Shown here: positions 9,365 through 18,698 of the stretch, one piece after another
Numbering within the stretch: position 1 is the stretch's first letter
Layout: each line of letters begins with the position of its first letter
NCBI GenBank assembly: GCA_963788655.1
Contig: CAWBHS010000063.1
Coordinates: forward strand, 1 to 48,268
Length of the DNA stretch: 48,268 nt
Source: an uncultured Verrucomicrobiae bacterium
GTDB lineage: Bacteria; Verrucomicrobiota; Verrucomicrobiia; Limisphaerales; JAFGQR01
Reading direction: 5' to 3'
Notes under the pieces: model-generated
The model's database searches: none
Told to the model about the DNA's origin: nothing
What the model saw: the letters and a program-made list of their open reading frames with translations, nothing else
Made by a program: the position numbers and the translations under genes

Positions 9365-11296
9365 TCATAGCCTCGCTTCCGTGCTGCCTGACCAATCAAT
9401 TGCACCGCCGCTTTCGCGGGCAGACATCGTTGCGGATGCAGCCGCCAGCGGCCCCAGTTCGTAAAGGTCTTTGGGGGAAAAGACTTCCTCCAACAGGGCG
9501 TGCTTTGTCAGCCAATTCCCGATGGCGGAATTTGAGGTCCAAACCGCCATCGGGATCGACAGCACCCAGCCAACGAGCACGGGCAGCAGGAAGATCAGGA
9601 AGGCAGGTGTCTTAATCGCAGCAGCAATCAGCCACACAGTCCCGAGAAGGGTGGGCAGCCAAAACAATCCAGCGGAAGTGCCCCAATTCAAACCGTCGTG
9701 CGGATTGCGCGACTGGTTTTTCCAAGGCACGACATGGCCTGTGAGGACTTCCAAAATGAACCGGCCATGGAGATAGAAAAAAGATGGTGAAATCAACACG
9801 CTCAGGAAGAGTTCGACTCCGGCGGATTTTAGCTCGCGCCAGAACGGCACCCCTTTCTTGATTACTCGCAGAAAACCCAGAATGCGAGGAACCAACAGAA
9901 TCGCGCCAAAGAATACGATGAATGGTACCACCGTCCACTCGTCCAGCCGATAAGCACGGCCACGCAATCCTTGCACAAAACCCAGCAACAGCAGCGTCAG
10001 GAACAGCGGAGCGGCGGCATAGGAAAAAATGCCGTTGGCGAAATAGAGACGGTGGAAAAGCCTCATCCGGTCGCCAAAGATCAACCAGAAATGCTGGAAG
10101 TTGCCCTGACACCAGCGACGATCCCGTTTACCGTAGGTGAGCACATTTGCGGGCACTTCATCGAAAGAACCGCCAGCGTCCACGTCCCATTCCACCGCCC
10201 ACCCAGCGCGGCCCAGCAACGCGGCTTCCACGATGTCTTGGCTCATGATGTGACCGCCCGAAGGTGGTTTGCCCGGCATGATGGGCAGATTGCAATATCG
10301 CATGAACGGCTCAATACGAAGCAGGGCGTTGTGGCCCCAATACACGGATTCCGGTCCGTAGAACCAATACATGCCCGCCGCGTAAATGCGCAGACAGCGT
10401 TCGGCGCCAAACCGGATGATCTGGGCAAACGGTGTAGCCGCGCGGATGGGCAGCATGACGGTCTGGAGAATGCCAACGTTATTGCGCTGCTGCATCCGCA
10501 GAATTAACCGTTTGACCGTCTCGCCGAACATCACGCTGTCGGCATCCAGCACCAGTAGGAAGTCATATTGCCAGCCGCCCTTCTCCAGGAAATGGGCAAT
10601 GTTGCCCGCCTTGAACTTCTCGCGTTTTTCCCGGCGTACGAGATAGAACTTCCCTGATGTCAAGCCGGCATCGTCCCACTCCGCGCCCGTGCAGCCGGGG
10701 TCAGTTGGCGCTGAATAATCTGCGACTTGGCATTGCCCCTGGGCGAGTGCAGCCATTTCGGCGCACCCAGACGCTTCGGCGTCCCCTGCGGACACCAGTT
10801 CGGCAGATTCCGGGTCTGCAAGCTCTTCTCGCAACCGTGCCACGACTTTTTCTTCCCGCCGACAAGTCTGCGTATCGGTGCTATCCGACAGCAAAAAGAA
10901 ATCGCAATGCGCAGCCAATCCCGCCCGAACCATGCTCCGCCAGGTTTGCCGCGCACCCCAATAAACGCGTTCGGGATCCTCGTTCATGATTGGCATCACG
11001 ATCGCTGTCCGCGTCGTGACTTGATCTTCTGAGCGCAGACGGCCGGATCCTGGATCCTGATTTCCGTCCTCGGCCTTCTCTCGCGTGATGACAAAGCCAA
11101 TGACGTAGAGCCAGAAATTGAAGCTGCCGGCCGTCATCACGGTGATGAAGATCATGGTCGCTGCGAGATCGACCCAATCCATCCGCCGGAATGACCACGC
11201 CGTCCAGAGGCCCAGCGATGCCGCCGTTACGAACAAGGCGCTCAACAGCAGGATCATCAGGCGGCGGGAGAAGAGGGAAAGGTTGGCGAGGTGCAT
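9365..11296 (-). CDS. opgH: Glucans biosynthesis glucosyltransferase H (GT2)
   Basis: TAIVMPIMNED, FFLLSDS, KAGNIAHF, LVLDADSVM, YWGHNALLR, SQDIVEAALL, RDRRWCQGNFQH and C-terminal TM helices. Confidence 0.93.
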   Translation of the reverse strand: MHLANLSLFSRRLMILLLSALFVTAASLGLWTAWSFRRMDWVDLAATMIFITVMTAGSFNFWLYVIGFVITREKAEDGNQDPGSGRLRSEDQVTTRTAIVMPIMNEDPERVYWGARQTWRSMVRAGLAAHCDFFLLSDSTDTQTCRREEKVVARLREELADPESAELVSAGDAEASGCAEMAALAQGQCQVADYSAPTDPGCTGAEWDDAGLTSGKFYLVRREKREKFKAGNIAHFLEKGGWQYDFLLVLDADSVMFGETVKRLILRMQQRNNVGILQTVMLPIRAATPFAQIIRFGAERCLRIYAAGMYWFYGPESVYWGHNALLRIEPFMRYCNLPIMPGKPPSGGHIMSQDIVEAALLGRAGWAVEWDVDAGGSFDEVPANVLTYGKRDRRWCQGNFQHFWLIFGDRMRLFHRLYFANGIFSYAAAPLFLTLLLLGFVQGLRGRAYRLDEWTVVPFIVFFGAILLVPRILGFLRVIKKGVPFWRELKSAGVELFLSVLISPSFFYLHGRFILEVLTGHVVPWKNQSRNPHDGLNWGTSAGLFWLPTLLGTVWLIAAAIKTPAFLIFLLPVLVGWVLSIPMAVWTSNSAIGNWLTKHALLEEVFSPKDLYELGPLAAASATMSARESGGAIDWSGSTEARL

Positions 11297-11705
11297 TTAG
11301 ATCGCAAAAAATTAGATCAAAGCGAATGCCGACAGTACCAGTTTGGCCAAGCGCTTCACGTGGCCAGGAAAACCAAGATGGCCAATAGGACAGCCAGACA
11401 AAGAGGACACAACCGTGGCGCCCGCACTTCACCGGGAACCGTGCTGGCACAGCCGCCGAGTGGCAGTTTGACGCGTGTGGGAGCGAACAGCCCATTCATT
11501 TCCAGATGCGCATTATCTGTTTTGGTAGTGAGCATTACAAAGACAAGAGTTGAGCAAATTCCTGGCCCGCAGACCGCTGATGCCAAGCCGGTGTGTTTGC
11601 CCCGAATGCAGCCGCTTCAGTTCGTTGGCCGGACCAAGCATTTGGCAGATAACAATCCCGCATTTGTTTTCCAATCCTGGGCCGTCTTTCATGGCAAGTG
11701 GATTC

Positions 11706-12368
11706 TTAATGATGGGCCGCCTTGTTAGCCAGCAAGAGGACCGCAGACTTTAGCTCAGCCTCGCTCAGGGTGTTAGTGACAATGTTTACAACGCGTTCCG
11801 TGCCCTTAGGTTTCCAGGATGCCTGTCGGACGTACAAATCGACTTCATCCATGCACTCATCGATTACCTTTTGAAGCTCTCGTTCACGCTGCCATTTGGC
11901 TAGCTTCCGATTGTTTTCGGCAATGGCTTCTTCGTATGCACGCCGCGCCACCGGATCCTTCACGTCCTTTGGCGCCATCCCCGCCATTGCGCCGGGAAAC
12001 AAAATCGGAGGCATAACCTTCATTGCGATATCGCTCCGACGCTTGGTGCTGTAACTATGATCTCGGGCACGGTAACTTCGTTCGAGAACCTGCAAGACCA
12101 GGTGAATCATTGGGTCACCCACTTCCGGTTGGGAACGGTAGCGGTTCGTGCTCGATGCCCATGAAGCCAGTTTTTGAGCGTCTCGCAAATGTTGAACATC
12201 CCCGTCTTTGTCAAACGCTTCTATCTTCTGATGCACTTGAGGCTCGATTTCCTGGGTGACTTTCAGCACTGCCTCCCGCGGCGGCGGCGCGGCGGCCACT
12301 TGACCGGCTTGGTAAAACAAAAGTAGCAAACCGAGGTAATTGACGTTTACGACAAGAATGCATTTCAT
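11706..12368 (-). CDS. Signal-peptide helical protein; candidate immunity protein, paralog of 14147..14813
   Basis: Hydrophobic N-terminus ending AAA; directly follows variable C-terminal domain C; shares a V.PP...AG..P...DP..R..YE.AI..N..K motif with 14147..14813. Confidence 0.7.
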   Translation of the reverse strand: MKCILVVNVNYLGLLLLFYQAGQVAAAPPPREAVLKVTQEIEPQVHQKIEAFDKDGDVQHLRDAQKLASWASSTNRYRSQPEVGDPMIHLVLQVLERSYRARDHSYSTKRRSDIAMKVMPPILFPGAMAGMAPKDVKDPVARRAYEEAIAENNRKLAKWQRERELQKVIDECMDEVDLYVRQASWKPKGTERVVNIVTNTLSEAELKSAVLLLANKAAHH

Positions 12369-12379
12369 AAGCATGGCAT

Positions 12380-14147
12380 TTATGGCAAGGGTTGAGCAAT
12401 GCAATTGGAGGTGCTGATAAAATAGCCAGAACTGCGCTTGGTCCAGGAATACGTTGTGTCGGCACCAAAGATGGCAAGCTCACTTTCCATGCACACCGTG
12501 TCAAAACCGTGTAACTCCCCACCTGCGCCTGTGTCATAAAGCCAATCAATGTCGTAACTTAGAGTGCCGTTAGTAAACGGCGGAGGGCCTGCAGCGTAAC
12601 CGATTACATCGTACGTTGCCATCTTCGTGCCTTTGCCGGTAACAACCAAATCAGCGAATTGATGCGGCCCATTAGGATCATGGTTACGTGTTGCTGGATT
12701 ATCGACAAAGTATCCCGTCTTGGTGGGAGCTGCCTCAGATTCGTAGCTTCGGACCATCGAGAAGTTTACAGTGTCAGGCTGTAGATAGACGTTAGCATGG
12801 TAGGTCAGGTAAATGTAATTTATAGATGGCGGATTAGGACAGCCAGATGCAGCCGCCTCCAGATTTTCAAACACCGTAAGTGAGGGTTCAATTACGTTAA
12901 GGATGATTGACCAATTCAGCTCTGCCGTAGCAGCAGTTATTGTATTCGTCGATCGAACGTCTGGCGCTTCGAAGTCCACCACTGAACCGTTCGTTGCACT
13001 TAGATTTCCGCCCCCAGAAACAGACCATACCGCATCCTCTATTACAGGAGGTTCGAAAAACAACCGAACCAACTCCCCGACGCCAATTGTCGTTCGAAAC
13101 CGATTATCAGGCTCCGTGGCAATTGTTCGATTTACAAGCTTTATAGCCATGCACGTCGCCGTATCCGTGGCGTCCGGGTAAATGTCGCTGGTGGCGGTGA
13201 TGCTGTAGATACCCCCATTGGTGCCCGAGGCAATTTCCACAGTCGCCCCGACGTTCGTCCCCGCGAAAAACGCCCCGCCATTCGTGCTCAGGTCCGGATC
13301 AATACTCCACGTCACATTCGTGAAGCTGTCCTCCGTCAGACTGAAAGTGTTCGTGGTCATGTTGGTGCCCGTGATGCTGGTGTACACGTTGGTTTGTTGA
13401 ATGTCCACCTTCACCACGATGAACCGGCAGAAGTTGCTTGAACTGCCCGCTTCCACCGCCAGGTCGTTCGTACCCGGCACCGACACGTTCACGTACCGCC
13501 GCAGCGGGTCGTACGGGTCCGGCTCGACAATGCCGGGACCGGTGGTCGTCCATTGCCAACAACCGGGCAACTGGGCAGCCGGCAGTCCGGGCGGCGAATA
13601 ATCGGCCAGGAACGTCACCAGGTACGGCGGCCCGACTTCCGGTGGTGGCGCCCACAACGTGGCCCGCGTGGGCGAATCGGCATCGTCCGGCGGCAGCGGA
13701 TCACCGCCACTGGGAGTCAGGGATTCCGCCTCAACAATCGTCAGGTTGGCCGTGTCGAAGCAACTGTCCAGGCCATTCATATACGCCTTGAGCGTGACGC
13801 TGGCGCCGTGGGGCCCCGACAGAATGCTCACCGGGGTGCCGCTATTGGTGCCTCCTTCAAACACCGGTCCCGCGTCGGCTGGCTCCAGTTCCCAGAGCAC
13901 GTCGGCCGAACTGTCCGCGGTCAGGCTGAACACGTTCGTACTGCCCAGGCAATTGGTGAGGCCCGTCGGCGCGATGTCCGCCCGGCCCACGATCAGCGTG
14001 GCCGACGCGCTGGAACTGCCGGCCGTGGCGGTAATCACGTTCGTGCCCACTCGGGTGATGTCCGCGGGTACGTTCCAAGAGGTTGGTGCCCGGCTGATGG
14101 TCATGGCGATAAACAAAAGGATTAAACTCGCACCGTGAGGCTCTCAT
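12380..14147 (-). CDS. Second (orphan-type) copy of the secreted Ig-like stalk with alternative C-terminal domain C
   Basis: Open from 14116 to 12380; 13153-14091 duplicates 17050-17988; unique C-terminus starts KLVNRTIATEPDNRFRTTIGVGELV. Possible ATG at 14147 is one base out of frame with the signal-peptide remnant. Confidence 0.8.
13153..14091. repeat. 939 bp direct repeat, copy 1 (constant stalk)
   Basis: Constant offset of 3897 to 17050-17988, no indels, about two dozen substitutions by manual comparison. Confidence 0.97.
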
Positions 14148-14813
14148 TACTGCGCTTTCGCTTTGACTGGAAGCAATTCGCCCTTGATTTTCTCCCTTCT
14201 CACGGTACTCTGAGCAGGTAGCATTCACAGTATTTCTCACCTCGTCTGCATCCTGCTTTGAGGAAGAAAAGTTAGCCCTAACGTAGGACTTGAGACGTTG
14301 TGTCAGTCGGTCTTCTACTTCACGCAGTTTATTCTGAAGACGATAGCGTTTCGCCTTCTCGGTGTTTAAATTGATCGCATCCTCATATTCTTTGCGCAGC
14401 TTTGGATCACTGATGGCGCTCGGATGTGAACCGGCCGATACTATCGTGCCAGGAGGGGGAGCGACATTTTCTTGCGGAACGTCATTCGGATCGAACGTTG
14501 GATCTCTAAATCTCCCGATGCCATCCAACACTTTGATGAATAATATAAGCTTTACACGTCGCCGGTATTTCCATTCCGCAGTGTTCTCCGGCCCAAGCGG
14601 CAGCTTCTCGATCTCCGACGCTAATTGGTAAAGCATTGGCAAATCGAGGGGGAGCTGAATTGCGTCGACGCGGTTGCTAATTGCCTCGTACCTTTCTCGC
14701 ATACTCTTTAGGTCTTGGCTTGAAGGGACACGGGCCTGAGAAACAGCACCCTCCAATGGCCCCCGCACAAAAACGGTTATTGGAATTGCTAGCAATACAA
14801 GGTAATCTTTCAT
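14147..14813 (-). CDS. Signal-peptide helical protein; candidate orphan immunity protein (probable frameshift near 14210)
   Basis: MKDYLVLLAIPITVFV start; RDPTFDPNDVPQENVAPPPGTIVSAGSHPSAISDPKLRKEYEDAINLN. Removing one base near 14210 gives ...RREKIKGELLPVKAKAQ* with TAA at 14147-14149. Confidence 0.7.
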
Positions 14814-14839
14814 AAATTCTTCAGTAGTTCGAAGTTGGA

Positions 14840-15130
14840 TCATTCGTCGTTTGGAACGTATTGCGGTTTGATGACAGCCTTGGACCACGCAGCAAAATCA
14901 GCACACACTTGGAGGTGCTTGTCGGCTGGAAGCGGAGATTCCCCTTTCGGTACTCTCAGAAATGGACGAATATCTTCGGGAATGTCTCCGTCCGAATTGG
15001 AAAAACATGATGTCATCGTTCCAGGATAAATGTCGCTGCTGTTCTTCCCGGTCTGGCCTTGACCGACATCAGTACCGGTAATCACACCAAGGCTCACGAC
15101 CACGAACATGATGCTCTTAACTGTTTTCAT
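14840..15130 (-). pseudogene. Short signal-peptide ORF, probably a truncated immunity-like gene
   Basis: MKTVKSIMFVVVSLGVITG start, 96 aa, begins 28 bp after the orphan tip remnant. Confidence 0.5.
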
Positions 15131-15158
15131 AACGAGATTCGTAAAAATTCTTGTTCTT

Positions 15159-15284
15159 CTAAGGTGTGCCAGGAGCGTAAGACACGGCTGTTGCAGTATC
15201 ATGAGACCATGCCTGATGCGATGTGCTGGTTCCGCTTGTGTTGGGCTGGGTTGAATCCAACAGCACTTGATAACAACCAGTCTT
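15159..15284 (-). pseudogene. Orphan C-terminal tip remnant homologous to the end of 16028..18686 (not in ORF track)
   Basis: Translates KTGCYQVLLDSTQPNTSGTSTSHQAWSHDTATAVSYAPGTP*, which aligns with ETKAVDVLHHWVDPNTAATGNHQCYFDQQNQVVPYAPPPEPTY*. Confidence 0.7.
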
Positions 15285-15375
15285 GATATTGATATATGCG
15301 AGGATTGCGCCGGGAAAGCCGGCGAGGAGGAATACCCAATATCAAGACCCGTTGCCGTTGCCGTTGCCCGTTGCA

Positions 15376-15978
15376 TTATTTTAGGCCTTCCGGATAGGCG
15401 ACCCGTATAGCCCGCAACGATCTGCTCAACGCCTCAACGTATTTCTCAACAACATCTCTCACCGCTTTTTCCATCGCGCGGTCAGGCGGATTCTCTTCCA
15501 AGTGCATAATCAGCCGCATTTGGTTGTTGCCCTCTCCCAGCGGCAAAAGAAAAATCGTGCCGGCCACCTTAACGGGTCGATTAACGATATAAATCTCCAG
15601 TTCTACTCCACCATTCTCCACAATATGCCTTTCACCTGATGCTGAGACGCGGCCCTGTGAATCCGGTGGGATCTGTTCGATGCGGACATTCTTGCGATAA
15701 TCGAGGTGGTGATAAACGGGGAGCGGCTTTTGCTCGGCTTTGTTATAAGGCTGTCCGTTCACGATCTTGGCCGCCGCAAGTCCGTCCAACGGAGGGAACT
15801 TCTGTCCCAATGTTTTCAAGTCTTGATCAATATTCGTAAGCGCTGTCGCACAGGCTCCGAATATATCCTCGCGGGCCTGCTGAGCAACTTCTTGAGAACC
15901 AAAAGCTCGCTGGCACACTGCCAACAATAGGCACGAAAGAGTGATACTGCACAAGATGCTTGTTGGCTGTCTCATCAT
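15376..15978 (-). CDS. Signal-peptide protein; candidate immunity protein for C-terminal domain A
   Basis: Sec signal (…LSCLLLAVCQRAFG), 200 aa, starts about 50 bp after the effector stop; gagagga RBS-like sequence upstream. Confidence 0.7.
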   Translation of the reverse strand: MMRQPTSILCSITLSCLLLAVCQRAFGSQEVAQQAREDIFGACATALTNIDQDLKTLGQKFPPLDGLAAAKIVNGQPYNKAEQKPLPVYHHLDYRKNVRIEQIPPDSQGRVSASGERHIVENGGVELEIYIVNRPVKVAGTIFLLPLGEGNNQMRLIMHLEENPPDRAMEKAVRDVVEKYVEALSRSLRAIRVAYPEGLK

Positions 15979-16027
15979 AACTTTCTCCTCTCGATTTTTC
16001 TCATGGTTTGCTGTTCAAGCGGCTCGA

Positions 16028-18686
16028 TCAATAAGTTGGCTCGGGTGGTGGAGCGTATGGAACCACCTGGTTCTGCTGGTCGAAATAGCATTGGTGGTTT
16101 CCTGTAGCCGCAGTGTTCGGATCCACCCAGTGATGCAGCACGTCAACCGCTTTGGTCTCCGCCGCTCCAGCACCTCCCATCCAATATTTACTTCTGAAAA
16201 GACAGCATCCTTCGTAATTGTTCCAACCACCAGAGATGAAGCCCAACCGGGTGTTATTGTCGCCCGGCACACGGTGTTCCATCACACTAAAGCTTGGGCT
16301 ATCGCTTACCAGGCCGCTCCAACTTGCGTGCCGCGCGTACACATATTTGACCGCAGAACCAGTCGCTCCAAGCAAATCCAGCTCGTATTTCATCAGCGTG
16401 GATAAGGTGCCGCAGTCAGCGCTCGTTCCATCCATCACCTGCCAAGCGTTGGTCATTCCACCAAAGATGCTGTTATTCGGGTCAAATCGTGAATGTGCGG
16501 TTGCGTCCGGACCGACCGTGTCACCAATCTTGTCGAGCGTGTCCTGGCCTTGCGCCAAAGTGCAAACCCAATCAATCCGTTTGATCGTCGGCTCGGTTGT
16601 GGTGGTCGGGCTATCCCATAGCACATAAATTTTATGTGGTCCCGAAGTTCCCGCGTCGCACGTGTGAGTTGAATTAATCGTCACCGTCCAGACGACCGAG
16701 TTGTTCAGGATATCAATCTGGGGCGGCAGATTCGTGTCAGCAGTCATCGCCAGGGTTTGATCGCCACCGCTCGAGGTGATTCCGGTGCTGTGGAAGCTCA
16801 ACGCGGGGCTTCCACTCTCACCAGCAAGATCGTAGGTCAGATCGCCTGGCGCCACGCTGATGACCACGTTCACGCCAACACTCTGGCCTTTGGTATGCGT
16901 TACCGGATTGTTCGTCAACGGAAACTTTCGCCAGCCACGAGGGCTGAAAACAGTACCACCTTCGCCAGCATAATTCGTATTATAATCAGTCAACACGCCA
17001 TGGTCCGTGGTAAAAATCACCGATTTCACTTCGGTTTTAAACACGGTCAACGTCGCCGTATCCGTGGCGTCGGGATAAAAGTCGCTGGTGGCGGTGATGC
17101 GGTAGATACCCCCATTGGTGCCCGAGGCAATTTCCACAGTCGCCCCGACGTTCGTCCCCGCGAAAAACGCCCCGCCATTCGTGCTCAGGTCCGGATCAAT
17201 ACTCCACGTCACATTCGTGAAGCTGTCCTCCGTCAAACTGAAAGTGTTCGTGACCATGTTCGTGCCCGTGAGGCAAGTGTACACGTTGGTTTGTTGAACG
17301 TCCACCTTCACCACGATGAACCGGCAGAAGTTGCTTGAACTGCCCGCTTCCACCGCCAGGTCGTTCGTGCCCGGCACCGACACGTTCACGTACCGCCGCA
17401 GCGGATCGTACGGGTCCGGCTCGACAATGCCGGGACCGGTGGTCGTCCATTGCCAACAGCCCGGCAACTGGCCAACCGGCAGCCCGGGCGGCGAATAATC
17501 GGCCAGGAACGTCACCAGGTACGGCGGCCCGACTTCCGGTGGCGGCGCCCACAACGTGGCCCGCGTGGGCGAATCGGCATCGTCCGGCGGCAGCGGATCA
17601 CCGCCACTGGGAGTCAAGGATTCCGCCTCGACAATCGTCAGGTTGGCCGTGTCGAAGCAACTGTCCAGGCCATTCATATACGCCTTGAGCGTGACGCTGG
17701 CGCCGTGGGGCCCCGACAGAATGCTCACCGGGGTGCCGCTATTGGTGCCTCCTTCAAACACCGGTCCCGCGTCGGCTGGCTCCAGTTCCCAGAGCACGTC
17801 GGCCGAACTGTCCGCGGTCAGGCTGAACACGTTCGTACTGCCCAGGCAATTGGTGAGGCCCGTCGGCGCGATGTCCGCCCGGCCCACGATCAGCGTGGCC
17901 GACGCGCTGGAACTGCCGGCCGTGGCGGTAATCACGTTCGTGCCCACTCGGGTGATGTCCACGGGTACGTTCCAAGAGGTTGGTGCCCTGCGCGCCCGGC
18001 CCGGTGCTGGTCAGGCTGTAGCCCGCGGGCAGGTCCGCGGCGCTGACGGTGGGCGTGATCTGCACTTGCACGTTAAGGTTGGTGGTCGGGGCGTTGGTCG
18101 CAACCGCGCAAATGCGATAGGTGGTGTCATCCTGCACATACGTCAGCCCACCCAGCGGAGTCACGTTCAGGCCGGTGACGCCCAGGAAGGCGAAGTCCTG
18201 GTTGATCGAGGCGGTTTCATTGCTGCCACAGGGCGCCGGGCGGTTGGTGTATTGCAGGGTGAAGTTCAAACTGCCCACGCCGGGCGTCGTGGCCGTAAAG
18301 CTGGCCTCGCCGGAGCCGCTGGCCGGCGAGGTCGCCAAGTCGCTTGTGCTCCAGTTGGTGCCCGCCATGGCCGGCTCGAGTGGGGTTGGGTACTGGTTGG
18401 AGGAGGAGCAACTGGCTCCGGAGGCGTTGGTGAAATAAATGGTGATGACATTGCTGCCCAAGCCGGTGGCGTATTGCACCGAGGCGTTGAGATTACTTCC
18501 CACACAAGCCAGGGCCTTGAACGAATACCCGGCATTGGTGAGGGTAGGCGACCACGAGATGTTCGTCAGCGCCAGCGACGAGGCGGTGCAGTTGGTGCTG
18601 CGGCTCGATTCGGTGCATGGATTGGCTGCCCGGGCGATGGTCATCGCGATAAGCAAAAGGCTTAAACTGGTTATTGTCTTGCTCAT
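16028..18686 (-). CDS. Secreted Thr/Ser/Asn-rich Ig-like-repeat protein with variable, possibly transglutaminase-like, C-terminal domain A (frameshift near 17964)
   Basis: GGAG RBS and signal peptide MSKTITSLSLLLIAMTIARA. ORFs 17754..18686 and 16028..17962 join as GTNLLERT-VDITRV if one G of 17963-17965 is removed. C-terminal ADCGTLSTLMKYELDLLG motif. Confidence 0.8.
17050..17988. repeat. 939 bp direct repeat, copy 2 (constant stalk)
   Basis: Matches 13153-14091. Confidence 0.97.
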
Positions 18687-18698
18687 ACTCCGCCGTTT

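Noticed and set aside
11300..11700. Additional cassette or opgG remnant upstream of opgH
   Set aside because: A short hydrophobic stretch (LCLAVLLAILVFLAT) is present, but I see no convincing similarity to other locus proteins or to OpgG.
13857..14888. 343 aa ORF as a genuine fusion protein
   Set aside because: Its tail runs out of frame through the duplicated stalk; a single-base correction near 14210 gives a natural stop at 14147-14149 comparable to its paralog's end.
13153..17988. Diversity-generating retroelement (TR/VR pair)
   Set aside because: The repeat is 939 bp, differences are not adenine-specific, and no reverse transcriptase is present in the window.
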